Part shown: positions 1-9,049 of the stretch, piece by piece | Position numbering within the stretch: the stretch's first letter is position 1 | Layout: the number at the start of each line of letters is the position of its first letter | NCBI GenBank assembly: GCA_964551375.1 | Contig: CAZKBG010000001.1 | Span: 330,001 to 362,000 of the forward strand | DNA length: 32,000 nt | Source of the DNA: an uncultured archaeon | Lineage (GTDB): Archaea; Iainarchaeota; Iainarchaeia; Iainarchaeales; JAAZKV01 | Reading direction: 5' to 3' | The notes under the pieces: model-generated | Database searches by the model: none | What the model was told of the DNA's origin: nothing | What the model saw: the letters and a program-made list of their open reading frames with translations, nothing else | Program-made: the position numbers and the translations under genes

Positions 1-1
1 T

Positions 2-565
2 GAAGTCGCAGGCGGAGAGAAGATTATTACAAAAGAACTGACTTCAGAACAGATTGAAACACAACTTTGGGAAAAAGTCTATGGAAAATTCGTGTCAAGA
101 GTATGCACAAAAAACGGTGCAATGGGAAAAGAAGTTCTACAAACAATAATAAAACTTAAAATATTTTTAACAGTTCCAATGCAGGTGCATAAAGAAAGGG
201 CAAGGCACTGGAAATCAATAAGCAAAATAACAAAAAAACTAATTGAATCAGGAACCGACCCCTCAGCAAACCTTGAACATGAAGTAAAAAGAATACTTGC
301 CCGATTTAGAAGACCAAATCACCCTGATGAAAAATCAGGACTTCACTTTGCAGCGCTTGACACAATAGTAGCTGCATCAATTTATGCTGATTTATTATCC
401 GAGCAGTCAAAAAAACAGCTAAAATCAAAAGAGGAAAAAGAGCACTTTTGGGACTATGCTTACAGCGAAGCAATGCAAAAAATATATCCTTTTATAAGAA
501 GCGACCCATCGCTTGTAAAATCAATACTGGAATTTGGCAAATACGGGCACGAATCCCAAAAATAA
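2..565 (+). CDS. Hypothetical protein, 5'-truncated by the window edge; frame is open from base 2 (EVAGGEKIITKELTSEQIETQLWEKVYGKFVSRVCTKNGAMGKEVLQ...)
   Basis: The frame of the 92..565 ORF is open upstream to base 2, so the GTG at 92 is unlikely to be the real start. Stop TAA at 563-565. Confidence 0.6.
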   Translation, partial: EVAGGEKIITKELTSEQIETQLWEKVYGKFVSRVCTKNGAMGKEVLQTIIKLKIFLTVPMQVHKERARHWKSISKITKKLIESGTDPSANLEHEVKRILARFRRPNHPDEKSGLHFAALDTIVAASIYADLLSEQSKKQLKSKEEKEHFWDYAYSEAMQKIYPFIRSDPSLVKSILEFGKYGHESQK

Positions 566-642
566 CATCCTTCCTTAAAAACGCCCCAAACCTAATTCAG
601 ACGCTTTTTAAAGACTTTTTGCTTAAAAATAACTAGAAAACG

Positions 643-2079
643 GTGGTTTTGATGAGCGTTATTGAAAAGGGTAAAAAGGATAAAGAAAAAGATGAAAAGA
701 GCAAGCTTGAAAAAGAGCTTTTCAGCGATAAAAAAAGCGCATGGGAAATGCTTGGCGAAGAGAAGAAACTTGCATTCAGATTCTGCGATGATTATAAAGA
801 ATTCATGGACACTTACAAAACTGAAAGAGAAATTTCAGGATGGGCAGAGAGACTTGCAAAGAAAAACGGATATGTAGAAATTAGCGATGCAACAAGCGGA
901 ACAAAAAAAATATACGCGGTCAACCACAGCAAAAATATTGTTCTACTCGATATTGGAACCGGAAAACTTTCAGACGGATTAAGGATTATTGGAGCGCACA
1001 TTGATTCATTAAGGCTTGATTTGAAACCAAATCCAGTATACGAAGCCGACCCGTTTTTGATGATTAACCTTCACTACTACGGAGGAATAAAGAAATTCCA
1101 CTGGCTTAATGTTCCATTAGCGCTTCACGGAGTAGTATTTAACAAAAAAGGCGAAAAAATTAATGTTGAAATCGGAGAAAAAGAAGACGAGCCAGTTTTT
1201 GTAATCTCCGACCTATTGCCGCACCTTGAAGGAGCGGAAGGAAAAGAAAAAGCAGCAAAAGATATTATAAAAGGAGAAGACCTTGACGCAATCGGGGCAT
1301 CAATTCCAATTGATGACAAGAAAATCAAGGAAAAATTAAAAGCGACTTTCTTAAAAGCGTTAAATGACAAGTACAAAATCACAGAAGAAGATTTTGTTTC
1401 AGCAGAAGTTTCGCTGTACCCGCTTGTAAAAGCAAGGGATGTAGGAATTGACGCAGGAATTGTTGGAGCTCCGGCTCATGACGACAGAGTATGCTCATAC
1501 ACTGCGATAATGGCTGCGCTTGAATCCAAATCAACAAATCCAAAATTAGTTCTTCTTGTTGATAAAGAAGAAGTTGGAAGCGTAGGAAACACTTCAATGG
1601 ATTCATTCTTCCTTGAAAATCTGCTTGACAGAATCGCAAAACTAAGAAAAGAGAATATTGGGGCAAAAGAAATACTTGCAAAATCAAAAGCATTGTCAGG
1701 AGACGTAACAGCAGGGCTTGACCCAAAATTCGCGGACAAAATGGACCCGACAAACATGAACAAGCTCGGACATGGAATTGCAATTGAAAAATACGGCGGA
1801 AGCGGAGGAAAATACTACTCAAGCGACGCAAATGCGGAGTTTATGTCGTGGATGAGAAGAATGCTTGACGATAACAAACTCCCTTGGCAGCACGGAGAAA
1901 TAGGAAAAGTAGACCAGGGCGGAGGAGGAACAATCGCATACATCCTCGCAAAGTACAACATGGATATTGTTGACGCAGGCCCTCCAGTTCTTGCAATGCA
2001 CTCGCCATTTGAACTCGCAAGCAAAATAGACATATACGCAACTTTCAAAGCGTACAAAGCATTCTTCGAATACAAATAA
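643..2079 (+). CDS. M18-family aminopeptidase (aspartyl aminopeptidase-like)
   Basis: 478 aa. M18-like motifs recognised in the translation: IIGAHIDSLRLDLKPNP, VGAPAHDDRVCSYTAIMA, LLVDKEEVGSVGNTSMDS, SSDANAE, MHSPFELASKID. Confidence 0.85.
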   Translation: MVLMSVIEKGKKDKEKDEKSKLEKELFSDKKSAWEMLGEEKKLAFRFCDDYKEFMDTYKTEREISGWAERLAKKNGYVEISDATSGTKKIYAVNHSKNIVLLDIGTGKLSDGLRIIGAHIDSLRLDLKPNPVYEADPFLMINLHYYGGIKKFHWLNVPLALHGVVFNKKGEKINVEIGEKEDEPVFVISDLLPHLEGAEGKEKAAKDIIKGEDLDAIGASIPIDDKKIKEKLKATFLKALNDKYKITEEDFVSAEVSLYPLVKARDVGIDAGIVGAPAHDDRVCSYTAIMAALESKSTNPKLVLLVDKEEVGSVGNTSMDSFFLENLLDRIAKLRKENIGAKEILAKSKALSGDVTAGLDPKFADKMDPTNMNKLGHGIAIEKYGGSGGKYYSSDANAEFMSWMRRMLDDNKLPWQHGEIGKVDQGGGGTIAYILAKYNMDIVDAGPPVLAMHSPFELASKIDIYATFKAYKAFFEYK

Positions 2080-2100
2080 CATCTCAAATTCAAAGTTAAA

Positions 2101-2117
2101 GGGGGTTTAACGCCCCC
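2101..2117 (+). terminator. Possible terminator hairpin (GGGGG-TTTAACG-CCCCC followed by AACTCTTATTTTT)
   Basis: 5-bp GC stem directly after the M18 gene, followed by a T-rich stretch. Confidence 0.4.
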
Positions 2118-2155
2118 AACTCTTATTTTTAAGCCTAACTAAAAGAAATTCTTTC

Positions 2156-3190
2156 ATGAAACTATGGGAGAAGGTTGATTCAGTAGTACTACGAAACTTC
2201 CATGACTATTGGGAAGATCCACTGATTAATAAATTCCTTGGCGATGAAGCAAGCAAGCGTTTTGAAGGAATACTAATACTAAGAAAAAATAACAAACCAG
2301 TTTGGCTTTCACACCCGTTTAATTACGAGCAGGCAAAAAAACATTTCAAACAAATAGCAAGCGTTGAAACATACCAATCAATGGAAGATATCCATAAAAT
2401 ACTAAACAAATACTGCAAGAAGTATGTCGGATATAATCCAAAGCATCAGACTGTCACAAGCTTCAAAAATCTAAGCAAATTCCTTAAGGGAAGAATGTTA
2501 ATTGATGTGGAAGAAGAGCTGTGCGAACTGCGCGAAGTAAAAACCCCTGAAGAAATAAAAAATATAACTCTTGCGGCAAAAGAAACAAGAAAAGTTTTGA
2601 CTCTTGTAAAAGGATGGCTAAAAAAAGGCTTGACAGAAAAAGAACTGGAAGAGAAAATAAAAGTTCAGCTTGATAAAGACGGATATGACTGCGCGTTCTG
2701 CATAGTAGCATTTAACCATAACACCGCGCACATTCACCATTCAGCTGATGACACAAAGCTTTCTTACGGACCGATAATGATTGACATGGGCGCAAAATAC
2801 AAAGGCTACTGCGCGGACCTTACTGAAATGTATTACTTTGGAGAAGAGAGAAAAGAAGTGCGGGAAAGCAAAGAATATTTTGATTACGCATGCGCAAAAA
2901 TCAAAGTAAATGAATGCATTAAAACAATAGAAAAACTTCTGAAGCCAAAAACTAAATCAGGCGAATTATTCAAAGCAACAAAAACGCTTGGAACCCTTCC
3001 TCATGCGCTCGGACACGGACTCGGGCTTGAAGTTCACGATGTGCCTGCAGGGATAGGCTCAAAAAGCAATTTTGTTCTAAAAGAAGGAATGGTACTTGCA
3101 ATAGAACCAGCAACTTACAACAAAAATTTTGGAGTAAGAATTGAACACAATTATTTAATTACTAAAAAAGGATTTAGAAGGCTTGACTGA
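2156..3190 (+). CDS. M24-family metallopeptidase, Xaa-Pro aminopeptidase-like
   Basis: 344 aa. M24 signatures: HHSADDTKL, MIDMGAKYKGYCADLTEMYYFG, LPHALGHGLGLEVHDVP, LKEGMVLAIEPATY, GVRIEHNYLIT. Confidence 0.85.
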   Translation: MKLWEKVDSVVLRNFHDYWEDPLINKFLGDEASKRFEGILILRKNNKPVWLSHPFNYEQAKKHFKQIASVETYQSMEDIHKILNKYCKKYVGYNPKHQTVTSFKNLSKFLKGRMLIDVEEELCELREVKTPEEIKNITLAAKETRKVLTLVKGWLKKGLTEKELEEKIKVQLDKDGYDCAFCIVAFNHNTAHIHHSADDTKLSYGPIMIDMGAKYKGYCADLTEMYYFGEERKEVRESKEYFDYACAKIKVNECIKTIEKLLKPKTKSGELFKATKTLGTLPHALGHGLGLEVHDVPAGIGSKSNFVLKEGMVLAIEPATYNKNFGVRIEHNYLITKKGFRRLD

Positions 3191-3215
3191 ATTATAGCCC
3201 AACTGGCAAGAAGGA

Positions 3216-3983
3216 ATGAAAATGCATTTTCATGACGCACAGCACGAAATACTCACTTCAATAAAAAACAAACACATGTGCCTAATTATCGGCGAATGCG
3301 AAGTTAGCTACATAGGCAGAGCAAGCTCCACCCTTCCAAAAGGAAAAAGACTTGTTATGATAAAAGCTGACCTTTCAGTTTCAATTCACGAAAACAGACT
3401 CATACGCCCGACTAATTATATGATGGATGCAAAAATCTCGTGCGAATTAGCTGATAAAAACGGCGAAGCGGTTCTTGTCCTCACTGCAAAAAAATTAAAG
3501 CCAAAAGAAACAATCACAGTAGTTTTTAGCGAGGTGACAGCAATTAATGCTTATGATTTGCCAGAGAGCAACGACCTGCGGCTCAGCGGATCTGAAAGAG
3601 AATTAAACACTGCTTTAATGGATGACTTATCCTTCCTTGAAGCAGGATTAAAGCCAATAAACCAGCAGCAATATTTTAGAAAAGGAATCTGCGATATAAT
3701 TGCCGAAGACGCTAAAGGCAGAATGGTTGTAATTGAACTCAAAAGAAGACAAGCTGATTATGCGGCTGTAACACAACTAAAAAGATACGCTGATGAAGTT
3801 AAGAAAATGAAAGGAGTGGAAACAAGAGGAATACTTCTTGCTCCAAGCATAAGAAAAACCGCGCTTGATTTACTAAAAGGATACGGACTTGAATTCTTCT
3901 CATACGATTTTGAAATCGGAGAGAGAAGCAAAATCAAAGGAATTGGAAAAACGCAGATGAAATTAAGCGATGCGTTTAAGTGA
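3216..3983 (+). CDS. nucS: Endonuclease NucS/EndoMS
   Basis: 255 aa. CEVSYIGRASSTLPKGKRLVMIKADLSVSIH and GICDIIAEDAKGRMVVIELKRRQAD...QLKRYADEV match the NucS N-terminal and nuclease-domain patterns. Confidence 0.85.
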   Translation: MKMHFHDAQHEILTSIKNKHMCLIIGECEVSYIGRASSTLPKGKRLVMIKADLSVSIHENRLIRPTNYMMDAKISCELADKNGEAVLVLTAKKLKPKETITVVFSEVTAINAYDLPESNDLRLSGSERELNTALMDDLSFLEAGLKPINQQQYFRKGICDIIAEDAKGRMVVIELKRRQADYAAVTQLKRYADEVKKMKGVETRGILLAPSIRKTALDLLKGYGLEFFSYDFEIGERSKIKGIGKTQMKLSDAFK

Positions 3984-3994
3984 GATAAAGCTTT

Positions 3995-4510
3995 TTACTT
4001 TTTTATAAAATCTTGCAAGTCAAAAAACTGCACTTCATCTCTTGTGGCTTTCAAATCCTTAATTGTGAATTCATGAGTCTTCTTGTCAAACGCCTTGCAG
4101 CAATCCTTAATCACAACAACTTCATACCCTCTGTCATAAGCATCAGAAATTGTGCTTCGAACGCATAAATTTGTCAAAATTCCAGAAACTATTACGCGTT
4201 TAATTCCATTCAGTTCATTTTCAAGAGAAGTATTGTAAAAAGGGCTTATTTTATATTTTTTTATTAAAATATCAGAATCAATCTTATTTATCTTTGGCAT
4301 AATCTCAACATTTTTTGAATTTTCCTTAAACGCAGAATCAGAATCCTTCTCAATGTGCGTGATGAAAATTATTTTGAACCCATTTTTCCTTGAAAAATCA
4401 ATAAGCTTATTTGTATTCTTAATCAAACCTGACAAATTGCCCACATAGTAATCAGATTTTTCAACAGCCCACTCATTTTCCAAATCAACTAAAATTAATG
4501 CTGTGTCCAT
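3995..4510 (-). CDS. Isochorismatase-family cysteine hydrolase (nicotinamidase-like)
   Basis: 171 aa. ALILVDLENEW, KRVIVSGILTNLCVRSTISDAYDRGYEVVVIKDCC. Confidence 0.8.
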   Translation of the reverse strand: MDTALILVDLENEWAVEKSDYYVGNLSGLIKNTNKLIDFSRKNGFKIIFITHIEKDSDSAFKENSKNVEIMPKINKIDSDILIKKYKISPFYNTSLENELNGIKRVIVSGILTNLCVRSTISDAYDRGYEVVVIKDCCKAFDKKTHEFTIKDLKATRDEVQFFDLQDFIKK

Positions 4511-4548
4511 TTAATCTCACTAATAACCAAACTGAAAGTTAATTTAAA

Positions 4549-5694
4549 TCAATCACAAATCTCTGCCACATCAAGCAGCGCGCATGAACAAGGCACGCCC
4601 AGAATTGATGAAATGCTCGGGTTTGTTTTCCCATTATCCCCTGAAATAAACTCTTTAACATAAGTGCCGTGGGAAGTTCTTAAAGTCAAAACAAATTCTT
4701 TATCATTAATTGAATCAATTTTTTCCACTACTACTTCCTTTTCTCTATTTAAATCAGCCCTTCTTTTCTCCACCCTTGTAGGAGTACCCTGCAAAACATT
4801 AAGCTTATCGCCAATTTTTATTTTTGATAAATCAACAGGGCCTGAAGAAGTAACATATGCAGAATATACCTTTTCATGAGGCGTATCTTTTACCGCTGAA
4901 ACATCCTCTGACTTTGCAAACTTGAGCGAATTTACCGACACCTTCCCCACAAGAGAAGAATTAATTTCTTTTTCAAGCGCGGTTAAATCAAAACTTCTTT
5001 TTGTAGGAAGCAACAGCTCCACAACAAAGGGCCTCCCATTTCCAAGCATCAAAACATCCATGTCTTCCCTCCCCGCTCCGTGCATTATCAGAAGTTTGGC
5101 TCCAAATTTTGGGATAATTATTTTCCCAAGAAGCTGTTCAACGCTCTCATCGCAAAAATGCCCTGTGTTTTTGCAGTACCAGCACCCTCCGCCCCTGCAT
5201 TTGTTGCAAAAATACTCCGTCTGCGCAATTTCCCTTGAGTGCTTGCAATATTTTCCCTGAATGAAAACAGGATAAACTCTTATTAGCACAAACTTGTTTC
5301 TAAAATCCAGCAAAAATTCAACTTCAGGATAAGACGCTGAAATTGTTTTCTTTAATTCTGATTCAATTTTTTTAATTAAAGGAGTCTGAACTGAAAGCCT
5401 CAAATGCATCCGCTCCGCATCGCCCAAATTCTCCGGCCAGCTGGCTCCAATTTTAAACGAAGAAAATTCAATTTCTTTGGAAAGAAAAACCATTTTGTCA
5501 AACAGGGCAGAAACTACTTTATCGTCAAAAAATCCGTCAAATTCAAAAGGAACCGCATAATGATAAACAGAAGACTTTATTTTATCGCGAAACTGCATCT
5601 CATGAAGCAGGGACTCATAGCGCGAAAGCGACTCCACCATTTTAACCTGTTCGTTTTCCTGCGAGGCAGGGCTGTCTTTAGAGGCATTTTTCAT
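4549..5694 (-). CDS. pus10: tRNA pseudouridine synthase Pus10
   Basis: 381 aa. CNKCRGGGCWYCKNTGH, SVEQLLG, HGAGREDMDVLMLGNGRPFVVELLLPTKR, RTSHGTYVKEFISGD. The track says '+', but 'gaggcatttttcat' at the 3' (+) end is the reverse complement of ATGAAAAATGCCTC, so the gene is on the minus strand. Confidence 0.85.
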   Translation of the reverse strand: MKNASKDSPASQENEQVKMVESLSRYESLLHEMQFRDKIKSSVYHYAVPFEFDGFFDDKVVSALFDKMVFLSKEIEFSSFKIGASWPENLGDAERMHLRLSVQTPLIKKIESELKKTISASYPEVEFLLDFRNKFVLIRVYPVFIQGKYCKHSREIAQTEYFCNKCRGGGCWYCKNTGHFCDESVEQLLGKIIIPKFGAKLLIMHGAGREDMDVLMLGNGRPFVVELLLPTKRSFDLTALEKEINSSLVGKVSVNSLKFAKSEDVSAVKDTPHEKVYSAYVTSSGPVDLSKIKIGDKLNVLQGTPTRVEKRRADLNREKEVVVEKIDSINDKEFVLTLRTSHGTYVKEFISGDNGKTNPSISSILGVPCSCALLDVAEICD

Positions 5695-5833
5695 AAATAA
5701 GTACGAGTAAAAAGGGAATAAAAAGGCACTAGGAAAGTAATTAAATCAGATTTGATTAGGAGTATATTATGCCTGCAAAAAAGCCTGTTTTAACTGCCCT
5801 GCAAAAAGTCAGAAAAACACCACAGATAAATAA

Positions 5834-6778
5834 TTAACGAAGTGTGTTTTCCGCCGCAGAATCACGGCGAGTAATTCTAAAAGCGTCTTCAATAAAAACC
5901 ATTTCTTTTTCAGTCAAAGAATCCTTTGAATCATACGCAACATTTTGAATCAGGCGCTGGAGACTTAAAACATATTTAATCGAAGCCACTCTTTTATTCT
6001 GCGGAATCATTTTATTTATCGCGCTCACCTTTGCTTCATGCCTCGCCATTGTTCTATAATCAATTGAATCGTAATTCTCAATCAGATTGGCATAATATGA
6101 AGGAAAAATTAATGCTGAAAGGCAGGATACGCCAGAGAATCCCTTTCTTAGCGCATCAAAGACAAGCTCTTCATTTTCCTCAAACAGTTTAATCAACTGG
6201 GAATACTTCGCCAAGTTATCAAGACTGCTTGGATCTCTTGAAGAATCAATTACCCCAATAAAACGCTCCCAGTTCACAAGCGAATCAATAATCCTTTCAG
6301 GAATTGCCTGCCCGCCGTAGCCCTGCGAATTGTACAATAAAATATTTGCATTAGTCTCTTTCATAAGAGAGTCAAAAAAATCAGTAAAATCAAGCTCGCT
6401 TTCAATTAATCTCTGTGGCAGATTAATTACGCAAAAGTCAACGTAAATTTCAGCCTCTTTTATTTCAGAAATTATGTCTTCAGCAGTGGGCCCAAAACAA
6501 CCTGCGATTAAAAGCCCTCTTCCGCCGATTTCTTCAGAAACAGTTTCAAGTATCTTCTGCTTGTCAACATGAATTAATTTATTATAATCAGAAAAACGGC
6601 TCATTACAAAAAAGTTTCTCACGCCGCGGTTCATCAGCCTTGCAGTCAAAGCCTTAAGAGCAATAAAATCAACTGTTAAATCCCCTTTAATAGGCGTGAT
6701 GAGGGGAGCAATTAAACCTGAAAGCTTTTGCGGAATATGGGCGGATGATTTTTTAGAAAAAAACCCAAGCCGTCTCAT
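5834..6778 (-). CDS. DapA/N-acetylneuraminate-lyase superfamily (TIM-barrel) protein, catalytic Lys apparently absent
   Basis: 314 aa. LSGLIAPLITPIKGDLTVDFIALKALTARLMNRGVRNFFVMSRFSDYNKL, LIAGCFG, ILLYNSQGYGG...IPERIIDSL, then FIGVIDSSRD where G(I/V)K(D/E)SSGD is expected. Confidence 0.65.
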   Translation of the reverse strand: MRRLGFFSKKSSAHIPQKLSGLIAPLITPIKGDLTVDFIALKALTARLMNRGVRNFFVMSRFSDYNKLIHVDKQKILETVSEEIGGRGLLIAGCFGPTAEDIISEIKEAEIYVDFCVINLPQRLIESELDFTDFFDSLMKETNANILLYNSQGYGGQAIPERIIDSLVNWERFIGVIDSSRDPSSLDNLAKYSQLIKLFEENEELVFDALRKGFSGVSCLSALIFPSYYANLIENYDSIDYRTMARHEAKVSAINKMIPQNKRVASIKYVLSLQRLIQNVAYDSKDSLTEKEMVFIEDAFRITRRDSAAENTLR

Positions 6779-6786
6779 GCATTCAC

Positions 6787-7464
6787 CTAATTATTCATCT
6801 GTTTCTTCATCAGCTCATTTTTGACTGCTTTGACAAAAGCGTCCCCTACTAATACTTTTTTCATTTCTTCAAAAACATACACATCAAGCGCTGAAGTGTC
6901 AACAGAAGGGAATGCTTCAATAAGTTTTTTCACAGAAGCAAAGTCAAGATTGAAATAAGCAAGCCCCTGCATTTTTGAAATTTTCTTTCCTCTGTCCACT
7001 ACATTATCCTCAAAAATCGCAAAATCAATCTTTGAAAACCGCATTGTGTAATAGCCATCAACCCACACATCATCTGAAAGCAAAAGCGCGTCCTTAGGCT
7101 GAATTTTCTTTTCAGCAAGTATTTTTTGAATCATAACCTGCTTAAAGTAAGTGTCAACAAACTCAGGATTTTTTGATAACGCATCCCTATGAAGCTTTTC
7201 ATCCATCTCGGCTTTTTCTTTTATATAATTTTCATCAACGCAGAGAAATCTGTCCGCTCCGAGGCATTTTGAAACTTTAAGGCACGCGTGTTTATTTTTT
7301 GCAACTGATTCAATGTGGCCTGAAATCATGAAAAGCTCAATCTTATTTTTTTTAGCAAACGAACAGATTTTTGTAAGAAAGGACTTTACTTTTTTCTCAT
7401 CAGGAACATAATCCCCAATAGGAGTCAAAACACCCTCCATTTCAATGAAACAAATTTTCTTCAT
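6787..7464 (-). CDS. HAD-superfamily-like protein with altered DxD motif (ExE)
   Basis: 225 aa. ICFIEMEGVLTPIGDYVP aligns with IAFLDIDGVLTPTPDYFP of the HAD protein at 9721..10596. Also LFMISG and LLLSDDVWVDGYY. Confidence 0.6.
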   Translation of the reverse strand: MKKICFIEMEGVLTPIGDYVPDEKKVKSFLTKICSFAKKNKIELFMISGHIESVAKNKHACLKVSKCLGADRFLCVDENYIKEKAEMDEKLHRDALSKNPEFVDTYFKQVMIQKILAEKKIQPKDALLLSDDVWVDGYYTMRFSKIDFAIFEDNVVDRGKKISKMQGLAYFNLDFASVKKLIEAFPSVDTSALDVYVFEEMKKVLVGDAFVKAVKNELMKKQMNN

Positions 7465-7537
7465 GAGAAAAGTCTACTAAGAAACATTAAAAAGCGCTAC
7501 TTTTGATGAAAAACCGCTTGGAAAAAACAAAATAAAG

Positions 7538-7547
7538 GTTTTTATAT
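7538..7547 (+). promoter_or_regulatory. Putative archaeal TATA box (gtttttatat) for the small ORF at 7568
   Basis: AT-rich TATA-like element about 21-30 nt upstream of the ATG, consistent with near-leaderless transcription. Confidence 0.4.
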
Positions 7548-7567
7548 CTGAATGGAGAAGTTAGAGT

Positions 7568-7729
7568 ATGGCTAAGATACAAACAGGACTTTTTTTAATC
7601 GGAATAGGAATAGGAATGATTGCGAATAATATTATTCCAATACCAAACGAGCTTGGATTCATCAAGCAGATGGTATGGCTTATATTCATAATACTAGGGA
7701 CTGTGTTCATAATCAACAGCTCGGGCTGA
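7568..7729 (+). CDS. Small hydrophobic membrane protein (53 aa) missed by the ORF track cutoff
   Basis: Translation MAKIQTGLFLIGIGIGMIANNIIPIPNELGFIKQMVWLIFIILGTVFIINSSG. Two predicted TM segments, with a TATA-like element at the expected distance. Confidence 0.6.
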   Translation: MAKIQTGLFLIGIGIGMIANNIIPIPNELGFIKQMVWLIFIILGTVFIINSSG

Positions 7730-7826
7730 TCGGCTAAAACCAGCCCAAATTATTGCAAAAGACTCTTTTTGCGGGCGATTTAGGAGCAAAACTTAACCAT
7801 TAAAAACTCATCAGACTTTTTAATAA

Positions 7827-8984
7827 GTGATGATTAAACGCCTCAAATATCAAGACAAGGAAATTATACTTGTCGGAACTGCCCACATTTCAAAGGAATC
7901 AATAAAACTTGTTGAAGAAACAATTTCAAAGGAAGAGCCAGATGTAATTGGCGTAGAGCTCGACAAAGACAGATTGTACCAGTTGATGTCTGGAAAAAAA
8001 TGGCAGGAAACAAATATTATTGAAATAATCCAGACCGGAAAAACAGAACTATTTTTACTAAACATACTTCTTTCAAATATGCAAAGACAGCTTGGAGAGC
8101 ATGTTGGGGTAGCTCCTGGAGCGGAAATGCTTGCCGCGTTAAAAATTGCGCAGGAAAAACAACTCCCAGTGCAGCTGCTTGACAGAGATGTCCGAGTTAC
8201 GCTAAAAAGAGCATTCAAAACAATGGGGATAATTGAAAAATTAAAACTCGGCGCAGCACTAATCGGCGGATTTTTTGGAATCGGAGAAAAAGTTACGGTT
8301 GAAAAAATTGAAGAGCTGAAAAAAGAGGACCTTTTGAATAACTTAATGAAAGAGCTTGGAAAACAGTTCCCTTCAATAAAAAAAGTTCTTGTAGATGAAA
8401 GGGATTTATTTATTTCAGAAATGATAAGAAAAAGCCCTGGAAAGAAAATTGTCGCAGTAGTAGGAGCGGGGCATATTGAAGGAATAATTGAGCACATAAA
8501 AAAAGACAAGAAAGTAAATCTTGCGGAAATAAGCGTTGTGCCAAAAAAACTTGGAATTTTAAAAATAGTTGGAATAGTACTCCCAATAATATTTGCGGTT
8601 CTTATCGGATATGGGTTTTATGTTAAAGGGCTTGAAACAACGCTCAATTTGCTTGGATACTGGATATTAATAACAGGCGGTCTTTCAGCGCTTGGAGCCC
8701 TTATTGCAAGAGCGCATCCTCTTTCAATAATAGCCGCGTTTATTTCAGCGCCAATAACAACACTTCACCCGGCTCTTGCGGCGGGATGGATAAGCGGGCT
8801 TGTTGAAGCAAAATTTAATCCCCCGAAAGTAATTGATTTTGAAAAACTCCCCGAGGTATCAACAATAGGCGGATTTTACAGAAACAGAGTAACGCACGTT
8901 TTGATAGTTGCAGCGCTCACAAATATCGGCGCAACAATAGGGGTAATCATAGCTTTCCCAACTCTTCTTGCTCTGCTTGCGTGA
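7827..8984 (+). CDS. TraB-domain protein with C-terminal multi-TM region
   Basis: 385 aa. ILVGTAHISKESIKLVEETI...PDVIGVELDKDR...; LLDRDVRVTLKRA; VVGAGHIEGI; then hydrophobic segments. Confidence 0.85.
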   Translation: MMIKRLKYQDKEIILVGTAHISKESIKLVEETISKEEPDVIGVELDKDRLYQLMSGKKWQETNIIEIIQTGKTELFLLNILLSNMQRQLGEHVGVAPGAEMLAALKIAQEKQLPVQLLDRDVRVTLKRAFKTMGIIEKLKLGAALIGGFFGIGEKVTVEKIEELKKEDLLNNLMKELGKQFPSIKKVLVDERDLFISEMIRKSPGKKIVAVVGAGHIEGIIEHIKKDKKVNLAEISVVPKKLGILKIVGIVLPIIFAVLIGYGFYVKGLETTLNLLGYWILITGGLSALGALIARAHPLSIIAAFISAPITTLHPALAAGWISGLVEAKFNPPKVIDFEKLPEVSTIGGFYRNRVTHVLIVAALTNIGATIGVIIAFPTLLALLA

Positions 8985-9017
8985 AAATATTTCCTAAATC
9001 GGTTAGCAAGCACATAA

Positions 9018-9027
9018 GATTTAAAAG
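9018..9027 (+). promoter_or_regulatory. Putative TATA box (gatttaaaag)
   Basis: Centred about 28 nt upstream of the ATG at 9050, consistent with a leaderless transcript starting at that ATG. Confidence 0.45.
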
Positions 9028-9049
9028 GAAAAGAATCCTAATTAGTGCG

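Noticed and set aside
813-2093. Several antisense and alternate-frame ORFs over the M18 peptidase gene (813..1001, 1125..1382, 1379..1831, 1476..1763, 1815..2093, 1819..2082, 1841..2041)
   Set aside because: Low-complexity shadow translations of a well-supported coding gene; no recognisable domains.
5769-5837. 22-codon ORF MPAKKPVLTALQKVRKTPQINN following a TATA-like stretch
   Set aside because: Too short and without recognisable features; cannot be supported from one sequence.
7850-8509. 219-aa antisense ORF over the TraB gene
   Set aside because: Ser/Phe/Ile-rich composition typical of reverse translation of Lys/Glu-rich coding DNA; the sense ORF has clear TraB motifs.
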